A DNA stretch of 63,566 nt, filler included, from Octopus bimaculoides (Eukaryota): NCBI RefSeq assembly GCF_001194135.2. It is 5 parts of 5 records of this genome, joined end to end, with 100 filler letters (N's around TTAATTAATTAA, not from the genome) between each part and the next. Parts side by side here need not be neighbours in the genome. Positions count along the whole stretch, not along the records: positions 51,166 to 61,691 come from NC_068990.1; positions 61,792 to 63,566 come from NC_069006.1; 3 more parts are not named here. One strand, given 5' to 3'. The notes under the pieces are model-generated. The model was not told where the DNA came from. It made no database searches and was given only the letters and a program-made list of their open reading frames with translations. A program made the translations under genes and the position numbers. The stretch's first letter is position 1. Each line of letters starts with the position of its first letter. Positions 52,758 to 63,566 of this stretch are shown here, piece after piece.

Positions 52758-54765
52758 CCTGTTCCTGCATTTTCTTACATATTTTCACTTCTCACCATCT
52801 AGCATAAAGCTGCCTCTCTCTCTATTTTAGTCTCACTTAGTTGAGGGGTATCTTAATCTCATGAGTTACGTGGTGACCTCACTAGTGTTGGTGCCACAGA
52901 AAAATCACTCTGTATGTCTTGAAAAGTAGTTAGTTTTAAGAGAAATATGCAGCTGTAAAAACCTCACCAAAACAGACACTGGGGCATGACAAAGTTCTTC
53001 AGCTTGTTTCGCTGAGGTTGGCTTTGCCTTTCATCCTTTTGGGGTCGATAAATTAAGTACCAGTTATGTACTGAAGTTGATCAAATCGACTGGCCCCCTC
53101 CACCAAAATTCTGGGCCTTTTGCCTAGAGTATAAAAAAAAAGTTCTCCAGCTTGTTGGATCCTGTTGAACCATCCAGCTTATGCTAGCATAGAAGATAGA
53201 TATAAAATTAAGATAATGATGGTGATGATGATGTTATGTTTGAGTGTGCATGTATAACTGTATATGTATGTATGTAAATTTGAATATTGGCAGAAATAAA
53301 TTATTAGTATTATGTTTGCCCATGCGTATACACACTCACACCATATCCCACACATACATGCACACACACACATACATGTAATATATATATGTGCATATAT
53401 GTGTTAGTGTGTGTGTGTGTGTGTATGTGTACTTATATATTTCTATATGTACACACAACATTTAACATATTTAAATGAAGTTTTCATATTGGTTTCCAAT
53501 TTTTATTTCTAGATGCCCATAAACTGTAGAAGCATTGCTTTCTAAGAATGGATTCCCATATGCTGACATCAAGGCTGGTTCCATTTATACAATATCCATA
53601 ATGTTACTTACTTTGGTAAAGTTGTTCTCTCTCATAGATGAGAATTCTGTGAAAGCCAACATTAAATCTATGACCACACTGAATTAAAAGTACATTAAAA
53701 TGGTATCATAGGACCGTCACTGATTCACAAATCAACACAACAACTATTTAACCATTGCCACTGACATCAGCTGAAACACAATAAATATCAAAGATTTTCG
53801 AAAACTTATTTGATACAAAGATTCTGGAAGAAAAGATTTTTGAGGGTATATGAGACAGTTAATTACACAAAAGTAGTAACTGACATAAAGACCAATAGAT
53901 CAAACTGAATATTGTTAATACTTGACAGAATTACTCAGCTGGGTAGCAAAATAATTTGGCAATATTCAGATGGATAATGGGATAAAACAGTGATAATTAG
54001 GCCATAGGCAAATTTGTTGACACCAAACTGGGTGGCACGATATTTAGGTTCCAACCAATGAGGTGACTAAACAAATAGGTACTACTCAACTGAATGATTT
54101 GACAAATTCCTGTTGTTTAGTCCCAAATCAACCATGACCATGCAGATTGATGATCACTGACAATTCAGCCATAACCATCCAAGCATTTTTCTTGAGTAGT
54201 GTACTCTGAACTACATTATCCTATGTGGCCTTTGTTAAGATGGTAGTTTGTGATTTGAGGAACATTTGACAGCTATTTCCAGCAAGTTGACCTACTGTGT
54301 AGGGTTTGATGACAACTAGGTAATATTCAGAAACGTGACATAGCTAGTGAACAACATTAAATTGGTTGATTTAGCAACTGTGCAGTTTCTGATTGTCTGA
54401 CACGAGAATTGGGTGATGGTGCATGAGATATGGTTTGGTATTTGAATTGTTAATTATAAACTGAAAAAGAATTTTAACCTGCCATTGGAACAGATATGAG
54501 GCCCCAAGGTCACTATGAATAGCTGAATACACTGTGTACTCATTGTTTATCATAATACTTTTGAATCAGCTCTGCTCAATGTTTACTGTTTAAGCTGTTT
54601 ATAGAGAGAAAGGTCAATGAATGAACATGTAAAGTGAGAAGTTTATTAGTTGAAATCTATCAACAAAATTGTTGGATATTAATTAACTAACTGTGAAAGT
54701 GTTGCTGGAAAATCCCTGCTTTAGAAAAAGGTTGTAGCAGAAAATCTGAAACATTTAATCTGAAA

Positions 54766-55882
54766 ATGAAGTGGAAAATAGCAACAATTTCAATTTGCTT
54801 GTTTATTTTCTTTAAAGATTTCAGGCCATCAGAATCGTACATTACGGCCTACTTAATGGCTCCAGAGTGGAAGAATCTAACAGCAGAACAAGTAAACAAT
54901 GAAGTTTATCCAGTCTGGGTTTACACCAACTTGGTCTGTTTGCTTGTAATACTGTTAGTGACTGACTTTCTGAGGTATAAGATTATCATAGTCATTGCTG
55001 CACTGTGTTATGTTACAACCTGGTTTCTGCTTCTTTTTGGCGAAGGCGTACCATTAATGCAACTAATGCAAGGAACTTTTGGTTTTGCTACTGCAAGTCA
55101 AGTTGCACATACCTCTTATTTATTTTCGAGTGTGGATCCGAAATATTTTCGACAAATATCTAGTTACATCCACAGCTGTTCTCTGGCCAGCAGATTTTGT
55201 GCTGCTTGTCTCGCTCAAGTTTTGGTATCTTTAGTTAAAACGAATTATTTTATTTTAAATGTTATTTCGACGGCAAGTGTTTGTATAGCACTTGTCATAT
55301 CCCTTGCTCTTCCAAGTGTCTCTACTTCTTTTTATTTTACTCCAAACCCCAAATCCCAAAATCAAAATGACTATCTAAAGAATTCTAAGGGAAATGTAAA
55401 TGAAGAAGAAATCCAAAAGCTAAGCTGTGACAATTCTAAAATAGATGAAGATATTACTTCAGAAGGAACTAACTCTGAAAAACCAAAAATACCTGAAAAA
55501 CTTTTAAAAGAACCAGACTCAGTGCTATTTAAACCAGGAACTGAGAAGGAATTTGATCAGCATTCACCTGGTTCAGTACCAGAGGTTGTATCGAAGAATG
55601 AGGCAGTAGAAATTGTAATCAACGACATGCAACCCAAAAAATTAGCTGATACAAATACAATTAAAGATAGATTTAAGGCAGGTTTGAGACAGATGTGGAA
55701 TGATTTTCAGAAAGCTTACAAAAATCAAAGAAATCTTACGTGGTCATTTTGGTGGGTGGTTGTCGTATGTGGCAAGACGCATATTGGAAATTATATCCAG
55801 AGTTTATATGAAGACATTGAACCAAATCCTATGAGTAATACAAGTTACAATGCTGCTATTGATGCAGCTGCTCTAGCAACAT
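54766..55882 (+). CDS. SLC19A: SLC19-family (thiamine transporter / reduced folate carrier) first large coding exon, TM1-TM8 start
   Basis: The ORF contains FRPSESYITAYL, KNLTAEQVNNEVYPVW, LVTDFLRYK, LAQVLVS, YFILNVIS, WSFWW, GNYIQSL and YNAAID, all family motifs. The donor is T|GTGAGT at 55883 (phase 1). The rest of the ORF track call is intronic microsatellite. Confidence 0.95.
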
Positions 55883-56109
55883 GTGAGTATATACTGGGGG
55901 GTAGGGGGCTTCGTTTTAATTTTTGTTGCTGTATTGTTATCATCGTTATAGTCATCATTGTTGTTGTTGTCAATGTCATTGTGATCATTATCACCACTAC
56001 CACCACCATCATCATCAATATCCTCATCACCATCATCATCACCAGTAGTAGCACTATCACCGCTACCACCACCACGACCATGATCACCATGAAAATGATC
56101 GCCACCACC

Positions 56110-56920
56110 GCGGGTGGGAGGTGACACCACCCTTCCTGCACATGCGTAAAAATGTTTGCTCTGGTAGGTCATGTCAGTTTCCGGTTGTTATGCTTAGAGT
56201 ACGTGTGTGTAGTGTGCACTCGTAAGATTTTTGTTTTCACTGATTGCATTGAAAAGAGATATTCCATCAAGTTTTGCCAAAAGCTTGGTGATACTCAAGC
56301 TCAAACAATGCAGAAAATTCAGCAGGCCTTTGGTGATGATGCCATGGGCAAAACTCAGATAACAGAGTGGTACAACTGCTTCAAACATGGCTGCACCTCA
56401 GCAAGGCATGCTCAGGAAGGCCGTTCACAACCCAGAACAAGGAGATGGTTGACAAGGTTTGGTGAGTAGTCATGGAAGACCTTTGTGTAACAATCCAGGA
56501 AATAGCTCCATTTTAATGGAATATTTGTGCATGTGGAGAGTGTCAATGAAATTAGTCCTCAAAGTACTGGAAAAGCAGCAGAAGCAATTAATTCTGCATG
56601 GAAATCGCTCAGGACATGCTGGGCTGTGCAAACCATGACCCAAACTTTATGAAGACCATCAACACTGGTGATCAGACATGGGTTTATAGTCTCTGCTCAA
56701 TGCATACAGTCATCTTGTGTGATAATGAAAATCTGACAAACGCACATTACATGTCTGTACTTTGGGTTTAACAACTGGGAACTGATGAGGCCTATTGGTG
56801 TGAAAATGTTCACACATGCACAAGAAGGTTGGCGTTACCTTCTACTTGAATGATTTTTGCTCCAGCAGCATTAATTTTGACCGGAGAAATGAATGTCGGA
56901 TATTTTTTTAACACACCTTG
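56110..56920 (+). mobile_element. Second, decayed mariner element
   Basis: An HTH-like N-terminus (EKRYSIKFCQKLGDTQAQTMQKIQQAFGDDAMGKTQITEWYNCFKHG) is followed by DPNFMKTINTGDQTWVY (about 56640-56690). The right end is GTCGGATATTTTTTTAACACACCTTG followed by TA. The left TIR was not found. Confidence 0.85.
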
Positions 56921-57424
56921 TATTACTTGCTGTTGTATATCATCTTTGAAAAACACCTTCTTTCAGACAATGTGTATTATTAACACACTAGCACTCTTGA
57001 TTCATTATCATAAGGCACTAGTGATTGAAGGGACACCACCAGGTCAAAATATCTGTGTTTCAAAGTGAGAATACCTATGTCATGTAAGGAGACAAGGTAG
57101 AAGAATCATTGACACACTGGACAAAATGCATAGTGGCATTTCATTTCAGGTGTCTTTACATTCTGAGTTTAAATTTTGCCGATGCTGACTTTGCTTTTCA
57201 TCCTTTGAGCACTGGGTATAATGGAATCAACTAGCCCGCCCACTCAAAATTAGTAGAAAGGATATTATTAAATCAAGTGTGTTGTCACCACACATTGTCT
57301 GAAAGGAAGGAGGTGTTCTTTGTAGATAACAATGATTAATGTATTCACAATTAAATGTGTTGGAATGTATTAAGAATGAAAAAGTATGTCATAGTGGTTA
57401 GATATGTGTGTATGTACATATGTA

Positions 57425-58539
57425 TCAAGTCATACCATAAGTTCTGTCCGAATTTTGAATAAAGAAAACAAGTAATCAGATGTTATATTTAATTGAAATT
57501 TAATCATCAATGTACTTTCCCTGATTATCTATAACTTCCTTCCATCTATTTACAAGCTTTTTAATCCCATCAATGTAAAACTCTTTTGGCTTCAAAGTGA
57601 AGAACTCTGAAATGTCTGTTTCACCCTCCTCCTGGCTTGCGAAAGTTATGTCCCCCAAATGATTCTGTAAACTATGAAACAAATAGTAGTCTGAAGGAGC
57701 AAGGTCGGAAGAATAAGGTGGATGAGGAATTTTTTCCCAACCAAGCTCTTCGATCTTCTGTGATGTGATCTTTGCAGTGTGAGGTCGTGCATTGTCCTGA
57801 TGAAACATCACTCCTTTATGATTCACTAAAGCGGGTGTTTTTTTCTTCAAAGCTTGGTTCAAACACTCTAATTGCTGACAGTAGACTTGAGCATTGATTG
57901 TTGCATTAGGTGGTAACAATTCAAAGTGAATTACTCCTTTGCAATCCCACCAGATAGAGAGAAGAACCTTTTTTCAATGAAGTTCCCCTCTCGTTTGTGG
58001 CTGAGCTTTTTCCTTTCTACCAAGCCACTGTTTACGACGTTTAACATTTCGATAGAAGATCCATTTCTCATCACCAGTCACAAGTCTATCCAAAAAGGGT
58101 GAAATGAGTTCACGAGAATGGAGAGATGAGCAGATGTCAACTCGGGATCATCAAACTCAATTGGATGTCCTGTTCAATCTTCATCTTCGAGGCTGAAATC
58201 TCCACTTCTGAATTTTGCAAACCATCTTCTGCAGGTTCTTTCATTCAAGCATTCTTTCCCATAAACTGAGTGTTTCGAGTCTCTTCGGCTGCAGAGTTTC
58301 CTTTTTTGTATTCACAAAGCATTATGTACCTTAAATGAACTTTGGATACTTCCATGTTAGAAAGGGTTTTAATCAAAGAAATTTTAATTCTATTATTCTG
58401 TAAAATGATATTTAATTAGTTTAAATATACACAAATGCATAAAAATAATTTTAAATTCCATTAGACATTCTAAAATATTATTAAATTTCATTCAATTTAA
58501 AAAAAGGTAAAATTGGACAGAACTTATGGAATGACCTGA
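57425..58539 (-). mobile_element. Mariner transposon (D,D34D), internally deleted and inactive, in the SLC19 intron
   Basis: TIRs are TCAAGTCATACCATAAGTTCTGTCCGAATTTT and AAAATTGGACAGAACTTATGGAATGACCTGA, with TA on both sides. The minus strand reads LVTGDEKW...ELH*KKVLLSIWWDCKG, then ORF 57500-57919 with HQDNARPH...HPPYSSDLAPSDY. I count 34 residues between the last two Asp. Confidence 0.95.
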
Positions 58540-58776
58540 TATATGTGTGTGTGCATTTATATCTAATACAAAAGAAAATATGTAAAATAGTAACATTATT
58601 CATATGATTCAATTGTTGTGTCTGCTGTAAACCATATAAATGTGCTAACCTTACACCAAAGCATCATCACAAAATTTTACATAGGCATATGATCAGAAAT
58701 GCTTGGGGAGAGAACAGTTAATTATGTCACCACTAGTTCTTAACTGTCTTTTATATATCATTAACTGTGGAAGGGT

Positions 58777-59158
58777 GGAGGTGCAATGGCCCAGTAGTTA
58801 GGCAGCGGTCATAGGATCGCAGTTTCGATTCCCAGACCGGGCGTTGTGAGTGTTTATTGAGCGAAAACACCTAAAGCTCCACGAGGCTCCAGCAGGGGAT
58901 GGTGGCGAACCCTACTGTACTCTTCCACCACAACTTTCTCTCACTCTTACTTCCTGTCTCTGTTGTAGCTGTAATTCAAAGGGTCAGCCTTGTCACACTG
59001 TGTCAAGCTGAATGTCCCTGAGAACTACGTTAAGGGTACACGTGTCTGTGGAGTGCTCATCCACTTGCACGTTAATTTCACGAGCAGGCTGTTCCGTTGA
59101 TTGGATCAACTGGAACCCTCGACGTTGTAAGTGACGGTGTGCCAACAACAACAACAAC
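58777..59158 (+). mobile_element. Near full-length tRNA-derived SINE with (CAA)n tail
   Basis: An A-box-like TGGCCCAGTAG and a B-box-like GTTTCGATTCC are present. The body is shared with fragments at about 4060-4190 and 33385-33550, and the element ends in caacaacaacaac. Confidence 0.8.
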
Positions 59159-60364
59159 TATGGAAGGAGGATAGAAGGTAAGGATGTCATCAGTGGAATT
59201 TGAACTCAAAATATAAAAGACCTCAGCTAAATACTGCAAGGCAGTTTGACAAATTAACAACTATAATGATTATTTCCAGCTGGCAAAAGGTCAATATCTG
59301 TAAAGAAGAGCTATGATTAATTGACTTAACCCCATTTTGTTTTTTACTGGTATACCTTCTTATCAATGTCAGAGTGGATGAAAGACAAAATTAACTCAAG
59401 TTAGGTTTAATACCAATATGCTTAGATGACAAGGTATTTAATTTGCCTGGCTCTGCCAACTTGTTTTTCTCGTTATCTCAAAAGTTATCAAATTAGACTA
59501 CAATTAGACTCAATAGTTATCAAATTAGACTACAAGCATAAAAGACTACAATCACGAAGTAGATATCTCTCCTACAATATAGTAATAGACTCCTAGTATT
59601 TATTTTTTTTACCATGCTGGGTGGAACGATAAAATCAGCTCTACATTTTCTGTCATTCTATCAATTTGTTAATAATCATAAGAGAAACATAAATTGTAAT
59701 GGTAGTAGCAGTAGCAGAGGTGATTGTAGTAGTAGTACTCATAGAAGAAACTGAAGTAGCAGAAGCAGTATTAATGATAATGATAATAATGATTCCTACT
59801 ATGGATACAAGACCTGAAATTTTGGGGCAGAGAATTAATAGTATTAATAGTATTCAACTGGTATTTATTTTATCAGCCCTGAGAGGATGAAAGGCATAGT
59901 CGGCCTCAGTAGAATTTTAGCACAAAACAAAGCTGGAAGAAATGCTACTAAGCATTTTGTCCAGCATGCTAATAATTCTGCCTGCTTGCCACCTTGATAA
60001 TTATTATGGTAATCTACTCTACAAGGCCTGAAATTTTTGGGGAGGGTGCTGGTAGATGACATTGGCTGCAGTGGTCAACTCAAAGGATGAAAGGATGAAG
60101 TCAGTCTTGTTGGAATTTGAATTTCAATTTCTGTCTCTCAAATTCACTCACAAAGCTTTGGTCAATGATGGTAGAAGACACTTTCCCAGGGGCTGTGCAA
60201 TAGGACTGATCCTGAAACCATATAATTGTAAAGCAAGTCTTTAACCACTCAGCCATGCCTGTGCCTATATTTGTATATTTATATTTCTTATATAAACTAC
60301 TTTTTCTTCTCTTACCTCATTCATTCTGATATTGTCATTTTTCTTTCTTATGTTTTGGAATCAG

Positions 60365-60557
60365 GTGCTGCTTCTTCTTTTGGTGTTGGATTTGTGAAAA
60401 TTGATTGGAACAGTTATGAAAATGTGCTTCTTTTTAGTGTTAATGTCATAATATCAGCTCTGATGATTGTGATGGCTCATGCTACCAAAATATGGCTAGC
60501 TTATATGTGTTATATAATCATACGTATTAGCTACCATACAGTACTCACCATAGCAAC
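60365..60557 (+). CDS. SLC19A: SLC19-family second coding exon
   Basis: The acceptor is ggaatcAG (60364). T|GT gives C, then AASSFGVGFVKIDWNSYENVLLFSVNVIISALMIVMAHATKIWLAYMCYIIIRISYHTVLTIAT, matching the SLC19 motifs VGYVKI.W, NIW.CY..Y and ITIAT. The donor is AC|GTAAGT at 60558. Confidence 0.93.
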
Positions 60558-60929
60558 GTAAGTGTGTTCATTCAATCTTTGATATTTTATTACCTGCTTT
60601 TAACCAGTGGCTACTTTCCAGCCATGCTTTTTATCAGATTGTACTCTACACTATCTGTTATTGCACAATTTTTGCTTTATTTAAAGCACAGTACTGTGTG
60701 TTATAAGAATATGTTAGTCAATGTATTCCTTTGTTTGTTTTGATCATTTGACTGCAACCATGCCATTGCACCATTTTCTGGTACTCTAGTTGATCATATC
60801 AACCCTATCACTTATTCCTGTTTTATCAATCACCAATTTATCAAACCAATATAAACATAAAGATGTACATGAACAGAAATATACATATATGTACACACAC
60901 ACACACACACACACACATATAGATGTGAG

Positions 60930-61083
60930 AGTGGCTGTGTGATAAGAAGGTTGCTTCCCAACCACATGGTTCTGGGTTCAGTCCCACTGCATGGCACCTT
61001 GGGCAAGTGTCTTCTACTATGGCCTCGTGCCAACCAAAGCCTTGTGATTGGATTTGCTAGCCGGAAACTGAAAGAAGCCCATC

Positions 61084-61087
<4 letters not shown>
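60930..61087 (+). mobile_element. SINE 5' module copy in the SLC19 intron
   Basis: gtggctgtgtgataagaaggttgcttcccaaccacatgg...gaaagaagcccatcg followed by (TA)n. Confidence 0.85.
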
Positions 61088-61126
<39 letters not shown>

Positions 61127-61129
<3 letters not shown>

Positions 61130-61450
61130 GGTGCAGTGAATATATTGTTATCTAAATTATGCAAAATTAAAAATAACAGTCATCGCATTTTGACAGATAT
61201 ATTTATCAAAATTACATAGAAACATTTTTAAATACTAAAGAGTAAATTCATTCAATAAAAGCGCCATTGGCTTCAACCACAGCCGCCAGACGACCTTTGA
61301 AATTTCCTGCAACTCTTCTGGATGGTCTCCTTGTTTAAGTTGGTGAATGCTGCTATAATCCTTGCCTTCAGTTCATCTTTGATGTTACAAGGAGTTTTTG
61401 TTTTGCTGGTCTCTCACTTAGCTGTGCTCCACACATAATAATCAAAGGAG
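61127..61450 (-). mobile_element. Tc1/mariner-superfamily remnant (transposase C-terminus plus one end)
   Basis: The end is TA-CAGGGTG at 61125. The minus strand reads PLDYYVWSTAK*...KDELKARIIAAFTNLNKETIQKSCRKF, resembling the region after the last catalytic Asp. Confidence 0.7.
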
Positions 61451-61583
61451 AACAATATGAAATGAAGTGTTTTGCTAAAGAACATGTGTCACTGATCCAG
61501 TAATTCAGACCACAATCTAATCACCATGAATGCAACACCATAACCACTAAGCCATGTGTCTCCACATATCTGCATAAACTTAC

Positions 61584-61638
<55 letters not shown>

Positions 61639-62858
61639 ACACACACACATATATATTGATATATATCGTCGTCGTCGTCGTTTAACGTCCGNNNNNNNNN
61701 NNNNNNNNNNNNNNNNNNNNNNNNNNNNNNNNNNNTTAATTAATTAANNNNNNNNNNNNNNNNNNNNNNNNNNNNNNNNNNNNNNNNNNNNCTCTAGTAC
61801 AGAGGAGGTGGACTTTTGGTGGTGGTCAATAATGTTAATGAATTAAAAACTCACCACCACCACCACCACCACCACCACCACCACCACCACCATAATTTTG
61901 AATTTTTTGAGCCTCTTACTTAGAAATGATCATTATTATTATTATCATTATTATTATTACTATATGGACTGTGGATCGTCTGAAATGTTAAAGGATTGAA
62001 GTAAATGGCTAGCAAGATTTTGTTACGACCCTGCCCTAGAGTGTTATCTTGAACTCCAAGGTCAGATTTGCCTTTCATTTTTTGGGGTCAAAATTATTAT
62101 CATTCAAGTGCTGGGGTTGCTTTAATCAACTAAACCTACTCACCCCAATTTCTGGCCTTCTGTCTGTGTTAGAATTTATTATTATTATTATTCGTATTAT
62201 TATTATTATTAAGATGGTGAACTGGCAAACTTGTTAGCACGCCAGGCAGAATGCTTAGCAGTATTTTGTCTGCTACAGCATTCTGTATTCGAATTCGGCC
62301 AAGGTTGACTTTGCATTTCATCTTTTTGGGGTCGATAAATTAAGTACCAGTTGAGTACTGAGGCTGATGTTATCTACTGCCCTCTTCCCCACAAAATCCA
62401 GGCTTTGAGCCTATAGTAGAAAGGATTATTATTATTATAATCATTGTCATCAAATTGGATTCAGTTTCAAATTGTTGTATGGTTGTTATTGGCAGTCATC
62501 TATAGGGATTTGATGTTATAAGTACCTGTCATATTCTGGGTAGACACGTGGATCAATTGCTCAGTGTCTTTCTTTTTTAAAAAGACATTCAAGTGCATAT
62601 CTCCTAATGTGCAAGAAACAGTAGCCAAATTACCTTCAGATCACATCTTTCCCATTTAAACAAGAAACTGTATGCATTATATAATGCATTTTCCTGTTAA
62701 CACATAAAATGGCAAGATGGTCATGGCAGGAGTGTCTTGGATTATAGTCATTGTTCTACTTGCTCAGTCAGAGATGACCTGGGACTAAACAAAGTCCACA
62801 ACAACTGCACACCACAACTTGCAAGCTAACATGAACAGTCTGGTAATAAAAATCCACA

Positions 62859-62895
<37 letters not shown>

Positions 62896-63501
62896 GTTAA
62901 ACATTCCCTTTTTGGTTTTTAGACACATTCACACAAACACAGGCATACACATGCATATACACATAAGTCTATCTTTATACACACCACTCATACTGCATAA
63001 TCTCACCTAAAATCATTTCTGTCACATACACGCCCATACATCCTTCATACTATGTAATCACATATACATACATACATACATACATACATAGATATAACTG
63101 TATCTTCTCATTGATCATTCAGTCTCTTCCAAAACCTATTTTTAGGGGCAAAAAAGCATGCATACACTTCTTCAAATCATATAACATACATGGATAGTAG
63201 ACTTCATCTGTCATCTGGTTTAATATTCTACCAACTAATTGTTGGGTGCCTTTTAGAAATAAAAAAAAGTCCACTCTGTTGCGAGTGTTTAGAATAGTTC
63301 TCCTGTCTGCGTGGATAAGTCAATAAATTGTGGTTGCTTCCATCATTTTTCTCCAACCCGTCTGATACCCTGCAAGAAATGTTATCAAGTCTTGTCTTTC
63401 CTTCCCCTGACAGAATTCTAGAAAGAAGGAAACACACACACACACACACATACATTCACACTTCAGTGATGGTGTAAATCTCATTTTCACTCATCACTCC
63501 T

Positions 63502-63556
<55 letters not shown>

Positions 63557-63566
63557 ATATATATGT

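Noticed and set aside
55883-56124. Hydrophobic IVIV/TTTT C-terminal tail of the 452-aa ORF
   Set aside because: It lies past the GTGAGT donor and is intronic triplet repeat; the family alignment resumes at 60365.

Overview
This is AT-rich eukaryotic genomic DNA with very dense microsatellites, abundant tRNA-derived SINEs and many N gaps. The repeat families and repeat density point to a cephalopod, probably Octopus (inference). Two protein-coding genes are supported, both on the + strand. (1) An HSPA12-like atypical Hsp70: exon 41497-41671 splices in phase to the terminal exon 44339-45393; its N-terminal exons were not found, with one candidate at 9104-9331. (2) An SLC19 (thiamine/reduced-folate carrier) family transporter: exons 54766-55882 and 60365-60557; the 3' exons were not found. 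The rest is a TE landscape: two mariner copies, a third Tc1/mariner remnant, Tc1/mariner, pogo and hAT MITEs, RTE, CR1/L2 and Hero-like LINE remnants, a Penelope-like remnant, a gag-like ORF and several SINE families. There is no CRISPR array, rRNA or prokaryotic system, and I found no complete novel multi-gene system. The most interesting observations are: divergent substrate-pocket residues in the SLC19 protein, two of which are one A-to-G change from Arg and so are candidate A-to-I recoding sites; a CpG-decay domain over the SLC19 locus contrasting with the CpG-rich HSPA12 locus; a tRNA-like cloverleaf with a duplicated 3' end inside a fold-back repeat; and several long hairpins. Four 100-nt N44-TTAATTAATTAA-N44 blocks are artificial scaffold joins, so adjacency across them is uncertain. 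Comparisons to human proteins and TE consensus motifs are from memory, not from a database search.
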